From the IMG/VR virus record IMGVR_UViG_3300025530_000275, positions 1 to 64,000 of that record: DNA of 64,000 bases. One strand, given 5' to 3'. Positions within the stretch are counted from its first letter, which is position 1; every line of letters begins with the position of its first letter. The DNA comes from a virus. Made by a program: the position numbers and the translations under genes. Shown here one piece after another: positions 10,126-20,309 of this stretch. Below the pieces are notes generated by a model. The model was given only the letters and a program-made list of their open reading frames with translations, searched no databases and was not told the origin of the DNA.

Positions 10126-13100
10126 TTACAGAGGATAACGAGGATAAGGGCCGGATCTCATCGTAGAAATCGGTATACGACCATCAGGCAACATTGTTCC
10201 AGGGAGCTCTTTTGGTATCATTTTCATATCCTGCTCAGTAAGGGATTCTCTACCCTTTAAGCAGTAATGATAAAGAATTTCAAAAAGATGTCTTTCAGTG
10301 AGATAAACTTCCCTTGAATTATATTCTCCTTGATTTGCCTGATAGAGTGGACCAATCAGTTCCTCCAGCTCTTGTTCTGAAAGAGTCTTCAGATACTCAG
10401 TCCATTTATCCTCAATGCCAGCAAATTTATCTTTATCAATACAATCAATTCTTTTTCTGTATATACACATATTATTAATCGAGTTTGTTTTAATAGAAAA
10501 TCTATAGTTATCAATCTCCTTAATGTCCCCAGGGTAAATTAACCTGCCATCTACGAATACTAAGAAGTAATTCTTTGAGAAAGGAATTTCTTTATTTGTG
10601 AGAGTAATTATTTTCTCACCATCTTGTAATTGCACATTGTACTCAATGAGCTCAAATTCAGTAGTGAAATAGCCTGTAAATAATTCTCCGTCTATAGTAT
10701 TCGTATCCAAGTCAGTTGCTATAACTGTATCTCCTTTAACCACTGTGTAATTAAAAGGATCGAACAAATGATATCTATCATGTTCAAGAAGTCTTCCGTT
10801 TAAGAAGATTAACATTCTTTCTTTAGGAACAAAGCTTACCCATGTGGGTAATTTCTCCAAGAGTCCATCATAACTATGACCCTCAGAAATAACTTTGTTA
10901 TACCGTTTTTCGCATATAGCGGCATAATTTCCAGTAACCTCACTTGCAAAGCTAACCTTATAAATATTCTCATCTATTTCTACAGAATATTCATTTTCGT
11001 TCATTAATCTGAGACTGCCTTTACTATCATTAATTTGAGGAATATATTCAAATAAATCAACTTTAGACCTAGGGTTAAAATGAGACGATGGGCCGAACAC
11101 CACAGTATTAGTTTCTATAGGTTTGATTTCATAGTATGGTTCATAATTTTCTCCAGTATCAAGCTCATCAATTCTATTCCCATGTATACTATTTGCCCTA
11201 AACCAGAACGTCCATCTTTTAGATATTCGATCAAATCTATATTTATCAGGGGCGACATTTAGACCATTAACAAAAAGAAGTCTTTGTCTTAAATCATGTC
11301 TAGTAGTAAGGGATATAGGATGTAGTAATTCATTAGGCAATTTTATAACTTTGCTGAAATCATCGTAATAGAGCTTGAACGTGGTGTGCTCATCTACAGA
11401 TAAATCGTTTACTAAGCTATAATTATCACTGATTTCAGAAGAACTTCTACCCACATTAGAAATTCTAGCATCATGAATGATGATATTGCTAGTTCCTTCC
11501 TCATGATCTGAACCGATATAGAAATGTTCCCCTATAATAGCACTAGGTACACTTGTTTTAAATCCGATTAAGGTTCCGTTTAAATATAAACGCAAAGTTC
11601 CATTTTTCCAATAGGTACTTACATAATAAGGCTCATTGATGTTAATACGACCAGGATTAGATACAATAAATTTATCCGGATGGTCTATACCACAAATTGA
11701 TGTACCTATTCTTCCATCAGATTCTATAAAAATAGATAATATTTCAGATTCGGATTGTTTATCATTGCGAACAATCCAAGTTTTATCATTTTCCCTAAGA
11801 TTTTTAAGTGTGAACCAAATCTCTATATTTCCCTCTTCAGGATTAAGAACATTTTTTGAGGGCACTTTTAATATTTCTTTAGATTTTTCACCAACTGTGA
11901 ATGTCAGGCCGTGTGATTTTTCTAATACTTGAAATTCTTTTAGATAGTAATCTTTTTCATCATAGCCATTTTCTTTACCCCAAAGACCAAAAGATATAAC
12001 ATCTCCAGAACCTGTAAATGTGCCTGTCGGCATTCTGTATTCTCTATAAATAAATCCATCTTCACCCATTTCATTAATGTGTAAATATTGCTCCAACTTA
12101 ATAGGAGCATCCCCTACCGCAGAACCATAAGCCCAAAGTGAATGATCTTCTGTATTCGTAACATATTTTATCTTAAAATGTACTGTAAGAGGAGATGATT
12201 TGTCTATCGTCATAGACGGGCTGTTAAGTTTTATAGTTCCATTATTTGCATTAAAGGAAGTATGTCTCAACACATTATTTTTGACTGTAGTGTTAGAGGA
12301 AATCATTTTATTATAATCAGAAATGCTCCAATTGGAAGGGTTTGACTCGTCTGAGTCACCCAACAATATCTCATTTTCAAATAAAGGGTCAGAAATTTTA
12401 TTAACTACCTCTTCTTCTATGATGACCCCTCTTTTAAGAGGATCTTCATTTTTAATATATCTCGGCTCATTAATATCAAGAGTTTTATATTTACCATCTA
12501 CACTTGTAGCGGTACTTTCTCTTATAAATACAGGATTTATATCACTAATTTCATAACTTCTAAAGTGAATAGGAGCAGAGTTCTCCTCTATATAATTTTT
12601 CAAGAAATCGGGAAAATCTTTAACAGCTGTGAGCATTTTACTTTCAAATTCAGAAAAAGGACTATCTATAGTAACATTAGGTTTAAAAGGTTTATAGTTC
12701 TTAATAAAATCAGGAAGAGTATCATTTATATATTCATCCATAAAATCTTTATACTCATTATATTTATGGAGAAGATCATAATAGCTTGTAACGAAGTTGA
12801 TTCTTTTGGAGAATGCAACTAATCTTGGAGAATCGTCATCAACTTCTTTTTTCCATACAACTCCTCCATTTAAATCTCCATTTGCCGACCCAATATCGTC
12901 TACTATTTCAGTTCCATCATTTTCATTCATAAGCCAACGATGTTTTAATCCATCATATATTGCAACACCATCTGTAATATAAGCAATTTCAGTAAATCTC
13001 AAAATTCTATCATAAATCTGAATCATATCAACTTCAATATCCGCATATTTTTGAGATTCATTAGCCTGGCGACCCAGAACCAATTCATCGGTTCCGGAAT

Positions 13101-15183
13101 CATCTGCTGAATCTATGATCATTTCAGCATTATGCTGTATCTTATTTATATACATAAATGGCGAATACTGCGAATTATTTCTAGCAGTTATTACAATATC
13201 ATACCACTTATTCTCTTCCAGCACTTCAGAAGAAATATTTTTCGTTAAATCATATTGTTTATATTGGAATATCAGTCTTTTATCAGAAGTGATTCGCAAT
13301 GACCAACCTTTACCATCAGAATTACCTCGTTGAAGAATTTGGGAAAGATTGCTGAAATTATTTACTTTCAATCTAATATGCAAAGTAAGGTTGTCATAGC
13401 CAGGAAATGAACCAAAGGATACATAACCAGTAGCCCCGTCAAACACCAAAGATGTTCTATATACGTCTTCAACTTTAAATCCATCATAGAGAGGAGTGTG
13501 AAACACCGGTTGTGTAAAACCAGCTTCCCTATTTTTCCATATGAATATATTGCTCAAGTTGGTGTAACCAATATTTTCAGGGAATAAAATATAACTAAAT
13601 TTGCTATTACTTTGAGGTGTTAATTTATGAAATTTGAGATCTTCGGTTACAAGTAATATAGAAAATCCGCCCTGTGCCCTAATTGGGACTTTAGTTACAT
13701 TGCTTCTTTTTAATAGAGTAAAATAAGGAGAACTATCATGTCCTACAGCTATATATTGACCATCGGGAGAGAATGATACACCATAGCCACTATTAGGTAA
13801 TGTATAAGTACTAGCTAATTCTACAGTATTTCCATTTCTTTTTAATAGAGTAAAATGAGGAGAACCTTGATGTCCTACAGCTATATATTGACCATCGGGA
13901 GAGAATGATACACCATAGCCAATATTAGATAATGTATAAGTACTAGCTAATTCTACAGTATTTCCATTTCTTTTTAATAGAGTAAAATAAGGATGCCCTT
14001 CATGTCCTATAGCTATATATTGACCATCGGGAGAGAATGATACAGATCGTCCAGTACTAGGTAATGTATAAGTACTAGCTAGTTCTACATTATCTCCATT
14101 TCTTTTTAGTAAAGTAAAATAAGGAGAACCACCATGTCCTACAGCTATATATCGACCATCGGGAGAGAATGATACACCCAAGCCATTACTAGGTAATGTA
14201 TAAGTACTAGCTAATTCTACATTATCTCCATTTCTTTTTAGTAAAGTAAAACGAGGAGAAAGATTATGTCCTATAGCTATATATTGACCATCGGGGGAGA
14301 ATGATACACCATAGCCACTACTAGGTAATGTATAAGTACTAGCTCGTTCTACACTATCTCCATTTCTTTTTAATAAAGTAAAACGAGGAGAACCACTATG
14401 TCCTACAGCTATATATTGACCATCGGGAGAGAATGAGACAGACTGTCCAATACCAGGTAATGTGTAATTACTAGCTAATTCTACATTATCTCCATTTCTT
14501 TTTAATAGAGTAAAATAGGGAGAAATATCATGTGCTACAGCTATATATTGACCATCAGGAGAGAATGAGACAGAGCGTCCAATATTAGGCAAATTATATG
14601 AACTAGCCGGCTCCACATTGTCACCTATAGGGTCAATCCACTCTATAGCTGCACTATCACAGTTAGGGAGTTTTGACCATACCATAAATGAATTTCTTAA
14701 ATGATTAGGAATTTGTACGTCTATATTAGTATTATATCTTCTATATAAATAGATACCTTTAAATAAGTATAATGATAAGTATGGTATATCACTTTTATTT
14801 ATAATAAAAACTATCTTATTAGTTCCAGTAACATAAACTTTAATCAATTCTGGGTCTATAAGCCCATCTTGATCACTAATGAGTATAGCAACTTTTGTTC
14901 TAGTAATAAAATCTGAGAGATTATAAATAGTGTGGGGAGCTATCGTCTTACGGTCTATTAACGTTTTATCATTCAGAATGCTCTCATAAAGATAAATAGC
15001 AGAACTGTTGAAGAGCAAATCTTTCCTATCTTTAGGAAAATTTAGAAACTCTTCTGTTTCTATAACACTTGGCGAAAATACAGTCGTACTTATATCATTC
15101 ATTTTACTAAGTTCATTTTTTCGCTCTAAGGTTTTGGAATATATCCTATTATAAATATTCTCATATTTTTTCATTTTATACAC
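10126..15183 (-). CDS. Large baseplate/tail protein with a 7-blade beta-propeller and two LamG-like domains
   Basis: Seven 44-aa repeats VSFSPDGQYIAVGH..SP.FTLLKRNG; SLVFDGATGY and LRLYLNGTL...DARISNVGRS LamG-like motifs. Confidence 0.8.
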   Translation of the reverse strand: MYKMKKYENIYNRIYSKTLERKNELSKMNDISTTVFSPSVIETEEFLNFPKDRKDLLFNSSAIYLYESILNDKTLIDRKTIAPHTIYNLSDFITRTKVAILISDQDGLIDPELIKVYVTGTNKIVFIINKSDIPYLSLYLFKGIYLYRRYNTNIDVQIPNHLRNSFMVWSKLPNCDSAAIEWIDPIGDNVEPASSYNLPNIGRSVSFSPDGQYIAVAHDISPYFTLLKRNGDNVELASNYTLPGIGQSVSFSPDGQYIAVGHSGSPRFTLLKRNGDSVERASTYTLPSSGYGVSFSPDGQYIAIGHNLSPRFTLLKRNGDNVELASTYTLPSNGLGVSFSPDGRYIAVGHGGSPYFTLLKRNGDNVELASTYTLPSTGRSVSFSPDGQYIAIGHEGHPYFTLLKRNGNTVELASTYTLSNIGYGVSFSPDGQYIAVGHQGSPHFTLLKRNGNTVELASTYTLPNSGYGVSFSPDGQYIAVGHDSSPYFTLLKRSNVTKVPIRAQGGFSILLVTEDLKFHKLTPQSNSKFSYILFPENIGYTNLSNIFIWKNREAGFTQPVFHTPLYDGFKVEDVYRTSLVFDGATGYVSFGSFPGYDNLTLHIRLKVNNFSNLSQILQRGNSDGKGWSLRITSDKRLIFQYKQYDLTKNISSEVLEENKWYDIVITARNNSQYSPFMYINKIQHNAEMIIDSADDSGTDELVLGRQANESQKYADIEVDMIQIYDRILRFTEIAYITDGVAIYDGLKHRWLMNENDGTEIVDDIGSANGDLNGGVVWKKEVDDDSPRLVAFSKRINFVTSYYDLLHKYNEYKDFMDEYINDTLPDFIKNYKPFKPNVTIDSPFSEFESKMLTAVKDFPDFLKNYIEENSAPIHFRSYEISDINPVFIRESTATSVDGKYKTLDINEPRYIKNEDPLKRGVIIEEEVVNKISDPLFENEILLGDSDESNPSNWSISDYNKMISSNTTVKNNVLRHTSFNANNGTIKLNSPSMTIDKSSPLTVHFKIKYVTNTEDHSLWAYGSAVGDAPIKLEQYLHINEMGEDGFIYREYRMPTGTFTGSGDVISFGLWGKENGYDEKDYYLKEFQVLEKSHGLTFTVGEKSKEILKVPSKNVLNPEEGNIEIWFTLKNLRENDKTWIVRNDKQSESEILSIFIESDGRIGTSICGIDHPDKFIVSNPGRININEPYYVSTYWKNGTLRLYLNGTLIGFKTSVPSAIIGEHFYIGSDHEEGTSNIIIHDARISNVGRSSSEISDNYSLVNDLSVDEHTTFKLYYDDFSKVIKLPNELLHPISLTTRHDLRQRLLFVNGLNVAPDKYRFDRISKRWTFWFRANSIHGNRIDELDTGENYEPYYEIKPIETNTVVFGPSSHFNPRSKVDLFEYIPQINDSKGSLRLMNENEYSVEIDENIYKVSFASEVTGNYAAICEKRYNKVISEGHSYDGLLEKLPTWVSFVPKERMLIFLNGRLLEHDRYHLFDPFNYTVVKGDTVIATDLDTNTIDGELFTGYFTTEFELIEYNVQLQDGEKIITLTNKEIPFSKNYFLVFVDGRLIYPGDIKEIDNYRFSIKTNSINNMCIYRKRIDCIDKDKFAGIEDKWTEYLKTLSEQELEELIGPLYQANQGEYNSREVYLTERHLFEILYHYCLKGRESLTEQDMKMIPKELPGTMLPDGRIPISTMRSGPYPRYPL
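13700..14625 (-). repeat. 132-bp tandem repeat, 7 copies (propeller blades)
   Basis: Near-identical DNA units, e.g. gaccatcgggagagaatga every 132 bp. Confidence 0.95.
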
Positions 15184-15216
15184 TTAACCCTCCGTTTCTA
15201 CAATCTTATAACTGAT

Positions 15217-15228
15217 TATTTTTGTGTT
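15217..15228 (-). promoter_or_regulatory. Putative late promoter
   Basis: AACA CAAAAA TA upstream of the 1685-aa gene. Confidence 0.65.
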
Positions 15229-15318
15229 TTCGACATGTTTTTAGACCACAAAAAATTGGTATAAAAAATACTGTATAAATTATTATGTAAGGGAGGTTAT
15301 GTACCTAAAAGGTCGCAC

Positions 15319-15332
15319 AAATATATATTATT
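15319..15332 (+). promoter_or_regulatory. Putative early (virion-RNAP) promoter
   Basis: AAATATATATTATT, one of 6 oriented copies. Confidence 0.7.
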
Positions 15333-15408
15333 TAAATGTAAAGCAGAATAGATAGAGGAGATATTTTTTCTATTTTGCTAAAAAAAATGTAAAGGAGGAA
15401 TTTTTAAC

Positions 15409-16407
15409 GTGCTCCACAATTATTACCCGGCGACCTACGAAGAGTACAAAAAACTTACATCAGAGTCAAATCATCAAAAGAAAGCCTTGACCTTGGATGA
15501 GAAGGTGGATCGAGACACCAAAAGATTGGTCAAGCGTCTAAAAATGCTAGAAGAACAAGGATTTGTCTACAAAGAATCTAAAACTGCAAGGGAACGAAAT
15601 CGAAGAATTCAGGAGAAAATTAATCTTCGCCTTAGAGAAACTTTTATTCGCCGATATAAAAACGGTGAAATCACTCTTAGTCAATTACCTAGAGATTTAT
15701 TTCCGGAATTATTTGAAGAAAAGCCTACTTATGATGATAGACCCAATTGGAAGAACCATATTCATCATCATATAAGATGTGAATTGATGGATAATGGTGT
15801 TGGTATAAATATATTTTGTCATACCTGCTCTGAAGAGCCCGATGGTAAACTTATAACGAATTTCTATAAAACTGATGAGGAATTTATAAAATTCTTTAGA
15901 GTGGGTAATAGGAAAAATACTAGAAGCCATCCATTTTATAGATGTAATTATTGTAAGTGTCAGATATCAGTAAAGAATTTCTATAAAACATATCAACTTC
16001 ACCGCTGCCCTAATTGTGAATCTCATAATATAAATAAAATGAGAGATATAGAGGTCCACGATAGGGAAATATTTAAACTTTTATCAAAAAGGGAGAGATT
16101 AAAACTTGAATTAGAGTTCTTAATTGAAGAAAGTCTCAAAAAGTTAAAGGAATATGATTATCTTGACAGTAGGCAGGTAATAACCTGCAAAGAACCAAAG
16201 ATTGATAAACAAGAATACCTCAATGAATTGCTCCGCAGACGTGCTCGCATAGTATTAAAAGACACACATATCTTAACTGACCAAAATATAATCACCAAAC
16301 TAAGGGAAGAAGAAGAGAGAAAAAGAGAGGCTCTCCCCAAATATGAGAAGAGCCGATGGGAAGAAAAAAGGATCTACAAGAAACGAGGCAGAAAGCTTAA
16401 ACTCTGA
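15409..16407 (+). CDS. Basic zinc-binding hypothetical protein, putatively early
   Basis: AAAGGAGG RBS with GTG start; CHTC, CNYC and CPNC motifs. Confidence 0.75.
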   Translation: MLHNYYPATYEEYKKLTSESNHQKKALTLDEKVDRDTKRLVKRLKMLEEQGFVYKESKTARERNRRIQEKINLRLRETFIRRYKNGEITLSQLPRDLFPELFEEKPTYDDRPNWKNHIHHHIRCELMDNGVGINIFCHTCSEEPDGKLITNFYKTDEEFIKFFRVGNRKNTRSHPFYRCNYCKCQISVKNFYKTYQLHRCPNCESHNINKMRDIEVHDREIFKLLSKRERLKLELEFLIEESLKKLKEYDYLDSRQVITCKEPKIDKQEYLNELLRRRARIVLKDTHILTDQNIITKLREEEERKREALPKYEKSRWEEKRIYKKRGRKLKL

Positions 16408-16491
16408 TAAAGAATTAGGCTCTGGTAGGGTAAAGAAAAAGGTGAAAGGCATACTAGCCGCATTATATAACTTTTTAAAACACAAAAAAAT

Positions 16492-16568
16492 AACGGATAT
16501 CCAATTTAGTTAATTAATAGTGATTTAATATAATAGAAACTATTAATTAATTAAATTGGGTATTCGTT
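16492..16568 (+). other. 30-bp RNA hairpin with a 17-nt loop
   Basis: Arms 16492-16521 and 16539-16568; all three non-Watson-Crick pairs are G-U on the + strand. Confidence 0.75.
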
Positions 16569-16602
16569 TCGGGGGATTGGAATTATTTTTTTAAGAAAGG
16601 AG

Positions 16603-17325
16603 ATGAGTATTGAACAAATGTCTAATAAGACTCATATACCCTTTAAATTCTATTATAAATATATTATACTTGTAATTATATTTATTGCTTGTATGATTAT
16701 AGCAAATATTAACTTCTTCAATTTTTTTGATATAAAGAAAGATTCTGAGTTTGAACCCCCGTTTATACAAGTTTTAGGAAGCGACGAACGTCTTGTCAGG
16801 ATTTATCCATCAGTCCATAATACCAAATTTACCTCAAGTAGCATACTTAATTTGGATGTAATATCCCAGTTGATGGGTAAGCAAATTAGATATCAAGATT
16901 TTTCAGGATATGTATTCGGGCGGATAGATCATTATGTAGATGATGGGGTATATGAGGTATTCAATAAATTTAATAATAAGGTCTGTACTATCTATGAAGA
17001 TAAAATAGTTATAGGTTTTTCATGCGTATATTTAGACAGTACGGTTATAGAAGGTAATAATTCAACTAATCAGTATTTACTTAAGGAAGTAAATAAAATT
17101 CAGGGTTTTATAGGGACAAACTTTAGTGTTGAGTCGGATCAAAATTCTAAAAACTTTATAGTTGGGAAGGATAATCGGACTTATATATTCACTATAGTTG
17201 CAAATGATGTAGATGGAAAAACCATTTACGATATAATTAAAACAAATCGCGAGTTTATGCTAAAAATCTCTATGTTCCTGGACTATAACTCATATAAAAG
17301 ATCAATATATCCGGAAGGGAATTAA
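16603..17325 (+). CDS. Hypothetical membrane-anchored protein
   Basis: AAAGGAG RBS; N-terminal TM segment YIILVIIFIACMIIANI. Confidence 0.75.
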   Translation: MSIEQMSNKTHIPFKFYYKYIILVIIFIACMIIANINFFNFFDIKKDSEFEPPFIQVLGSDERLVRIYPSVHNTKFTSSSILNLDVISQLMGKQIRYQDFSGYVFGRIDHYVDDGVYEVFNKFNNKVCTIYEDKIVIGFSCVYLDSTVIEGNNSTNQYLLKEVNKIQGFIGTNFSVESDQNSKNFIVGKDNRTYIFTIVANDVDGKTIYDIIKTNREFMLKISMFLDYNSYKRSIYPEGN

Positions 17326-17340
17326 TTTTCCCTTCCGGAT
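17309..17340. terminator. Terminator hairpin between convergent genes
   Basis: ATCCGGAAGGG..CCCTTCCGGAT followed by a long T run on the + strand. Confidence 0.8.
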
Positions 17341-17359
17341 TATTTTATTTTTTTTTTTC

Positions 17360-18313
17360 TTAGAGCTTCGAATACCTGTCAGAAACTTTCTGTTCTATTT
17401 TACGATAGATAGTAGTAAGCTGATCTCCAACCTCAATTGTTATTTTATTGAGGTTAACTGTTGGAGATACAACAGCTGCACTGATTAGCATGTATATAAA
17501 GAATGGAATATACTCGCTTGCAAATAACGTAGATGAACCGTAAGACATAGTCCACCTATCAATAAAGTTTTTATAATTCAATTTCTTCATCTCAGGGAAA
17601 ATTGTGGATAGATGATCGATAAATGTTTTAAGATCTTTATATCCAGAATCTTCTGTATGCATAGGAATTTTGGCATCAAGAGATTTAATAACATCAATAC
17701 TATTATACTTAATTTGAGAATACATTGGATTTGTAAACGGATTTGAATTACCATATATGCTATAGTAGAAGAAATTTGTGGCCAAGAAATTGAATTTCTC
17801 CTTCTTAACACTATCCATATATCCCAGATTCGAAATTACGTTGGAGAACAATCTTGCATAAATAGGGGCCACATCTCTTGCAATAGAAATAATTGTTTGA
17901 TCAATTATAGTTGCATATGCGGCAGATAAGAGTGAAGCATAAAGAATGTTGGGGGAAATTCTAAGGGTTCCATCTTTTGTAATTTTACCATAGTTTGTAA
18001 CATTTACAACCATAGAAGATTTCCCATTAACGACTTTTCTAAAGAAGGGGATTGCGGTTGTAAGACGGAGTTCATCATTATAGACCAGTTCAATCATTCT
18101 ATTTTTAACCATTTTATCAATAATATATTTAGAAGGGAAAGGAGATGTTCTACCAGTGATATCCGTCATAACATCCGCAATGACATCATACTCTAAAACT
18201 TCGGTCCCATTTCTTCCAAGACTGTACGCCATTACAGTCTTTGTGAGACTACCCTTTGATGCCTCTTCGGCGTAAGTAAATACTGAAGTCATGTTAAGCG
18301 GGGTTATCGCCAT
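17360..18313 (-). CDS. Hypothetical protein, late and possibly virion
   Basis: 317-aa ORF; GGAAGGA RBS; late motif at 18342-18353. Confidence 0.7.
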   Translation of the reverse strand: MAITPLNMTSVFTYAEEASKGSLTKTVMAYSLGRNGTEVLEYDVIADVMTDITGRTSPFPSKYIIDKMVKNRMIELVYNDELRLTTAIPFFRKVVNGKSSMVVNVTNYGKITKDGTLRISPNILYASLLSAAYATIIDQTIISIARDVAPIYARLFSNVISNLGYMDSVKKEKFNFLATNFFYYSIYGNSNPFTNPMYSQIKYNSIDVIKSLDAKIPMHTEDSGYKDLKTFIDHLSTIFPEMKKLNYKNFIDRWTMSYGSSTLFASEYIPFFIYMLISAAVVSPTVNLNKITIEVGDQLTTIYRKIEQKVSDRYSKL

Positions 18314-18341
18314 AAAATTATCATCCTTCCATTTATACTTT

Positions 18342-18353
18342 TAATAAGCTGTT
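18342..18353 (-). promoter_or_regulatory. Putative late promoter
   Basis: AACA GCTTAT TA. Confidence 0.6.
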
Positions 18354-18356
18354 TTC

Positions 18357-19577
18357 TTATTTAACTATCTTCTTCAACGTTAAATTCGTAGTAAGGGAAA
18401 ATTCGTTATCAGTTGCTTTAGTAATATTTATTACTGCATGGGATAACCTATAGTCTCCATTTATAGGATTAATGGACTCATATGATTTATGGGCTGTAAC
18501 TTTATAAAGAAGATTTGGTCTGATCATATCATAATCCACATCTATCAAATTTACAAGAAGAGCATGTTTAATTTCTTTAGAAATGTGTTGTAATTGCCTG
18601 GTTATCTTTTGATTCTGAACAAATACAGGTTTTGTCAGAGATCCTTCTCCACCATTTATTTTTGTGACCTGTAAAGTATTAGCATCAACACTTAAAATTG
18701 ATGAGCCATCTATGAGTTCGGAGTAATTATCAAGTTTAACTACTTTAGGAGGTTCAGTTATATTTACCACGTATGCCTCATTTTCCTTTGTACAACCAAC
18801 ATCAGTTTGTTCAGGACTTCCGTCTTCTTCTAAGAATAGTGAAACCCGAGAAGGCTCATTTTCTTCAACCGCTTTACCAAGATTTATCTTATCTAAAAGA
18901 TAGTTTTTAGTTATATCCATGAAAAATATATAATTCGTATCAAAGATTCCATAATATTTATTAAGATGGCTAAGTGTAGCCAATAAATTACCTGTCGGTA
19001 CTACTATATTGCCAGAATATTCCCCATTTATCCTATTCATAAGAACTGAATTGAACCCTCTTGAAGCAAATGCAGCCGCAAGCGCATTCGTAATTGTAGT
19101 ATTAACAGATAAAGAGCCCAGTTTTCTATACCTATTAATATTTTCTATATCTAGTAAATAAAAAGATGCATCTACCAAAGCATTGGGGTTTTCAGAATCA
19201 ATTATATTTTCATCTTCTTTTTCATTTAAAAAAGTCCTAAATTCTTCAGGTTGTACATCATACTCGTTTCTAATCTCGAAGGTTTTATTGAATACCAATT
19301 CCCTTGCTTGAACCTCCGAGTTTACAATACTCTTATACATAACTATCAACGCTTTTAGATTTGCTTCATCAATGGTAAGAGCCTTATAGACATCTTTAGT
19401 CACGGATGCAACAACTTGTATGATTGGCATTATATTTTGATCATAATTGTTTACTATAGTTATACTTTTTATAAAAGTAGCGGGTATAACGAGCTGTTCA
19501 TTGGTTCCTTTTTTAGAGATAATAATATCATTCAGAATATATTTATACTGGTCCAGATCTCCAACAGAACGAAGCAT
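18357..19577 (-). CDS. Hypothetical protein, possibly baseplate hub-like
   Basis: Start moved to ATG 19577 (GGAGGTG RBS); beta-rich; C-terminal GDYRLSHAVINI resembles hub proteins (weak). Confidence 0.55.
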   Translation of the reverse strand: MLRSVGDLDQYKYILNDIIISKKGTNEQLVIPATFIKSITIVNNYDQNIMPIIQVVASVTKDVYKALTIDEANLKALIVMYKSIVNSEVQARELVFNKTFEIRNEYDVQPEEFRTFLNEKEDENIIDSENPNALVDASFYLLDIENINRYRKLGSLSVNTTITNALAAAFASRGFNSVLMNRINGEYSGNIVVPTGNLLATLSHLNKYYGIFDTNYIFFMDITKNYLLDKINLGKAVEENEPSRVSLFLEEDGSPEQTDVGCTKENEAYVVNITEPPKVVKLDNYSELIDGSSILSVDANTLQVTKINGGEGSLTKPVFVQNQKITRQLQHISKEIKHALLVNLIDVDYDMIRPNLLYKVTAHKSYESINPINGDYRLSHAVINITKATDNEFSLTTNLTLKKIVK

Positions 19578-19599
19578 TATTACACCTCCAAAAAAAAAT

Positions 19600-19630
19600 A
19601 ACACGAACCTCTTTATTTAGAGGTTCGTGT
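19600..19630 (-). terminator. Intrinsic terminator after dut
   Basis: ACACGAACCTCT/AGAGGTTCGTGT stem plus T-run. Confidence 0.8.
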
Positions 19631-19639
19631 CATGAATGA

Positions 19640-20212
19640 TTATTTTACTCCTGTATGACCAAATCCACCAGACCCGCGTTGAGTTTCAGAAAGTTCCTCA
19701 CTTTCAATAAATACCCCTTTAATTACGCGACAAAGAATTCCTTGAGCAATTCTATCTCCTTTATGAATAATGATTGTTCCAACAGGATAAGAATCATTAA
19801 GTTCTTCGTAATTACCTTCAAGGTTAAGAACGTGGCGAGATTTTAAAAATTCAATCTGACCAGTATTCTTATTGAGGTAATATTTGGGATATGCAAAATT
19901 ATCAACAATTACTCTGTATTCTCCTCTGTATACAGAATCACCAGTTCCAAGCACTATTCTCAATTTTGTTTTAGAAGAAATACCAGAGCGGGGTCTTACT
20001 TGGAGTTCCACTCCGAGAGGCAATTCAAAAGCCAAACCAGCACGAACTGTGGTAGTTTGTCCCGGCTCCAGAATGATATCTTCCATGGCATAGAGATCAA
20101 AACCGGAATCTCCGTGGATTTTATATTTTGGGAGACCGATTTCATTATTGATCAGTTTTGTTTTGATCTCTACTTTTTCATAGAAGTTTTCTTTAGTTTC
20201 CATTTTTGTCAA
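19640..20212 (-). CDS. dut: Trimeric dUTPase with an insertion between motifs III and IV
   Basis: Motifs SGFDL, RSG, GTGDSVYRGE, RIAQ, RGSGGFGHTG. Confidence 0.92.
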   Translation of the reverse strand: MTKMETKENFYEKVEIKTKLINNEIGLPKYKIHGDSGFDLYAMEDIILEPGQTTTVRAGLAFELPLGVELQVRPRSGISSKTKLRIVLGTGDSVYRGEYRVIVDNFAYPKYYLNKNTGQIEFLKSRHVLNLEGNYEELNDSYPVGTIIIHKGDRIAQGILCRVIKGVFIESEELSETQRGSGGFGHTGVK

Positions 20213-20309
20213 CTCCCTTTTATCTAATTTATCAAAATAGTTGTACAGAAATTAAAAGTTTATAAAAAAGAAGAGCCCAGCTCTAGTGACAGAGCTGGAC
20301 TTTGTTTTT

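Noticed and set aside
13700-14625. A complete diversity-generating retroelement
   Set aside because: No reverse transcriptase, Avd or non-coding template repeat in the window; kept only as a hypothesis.
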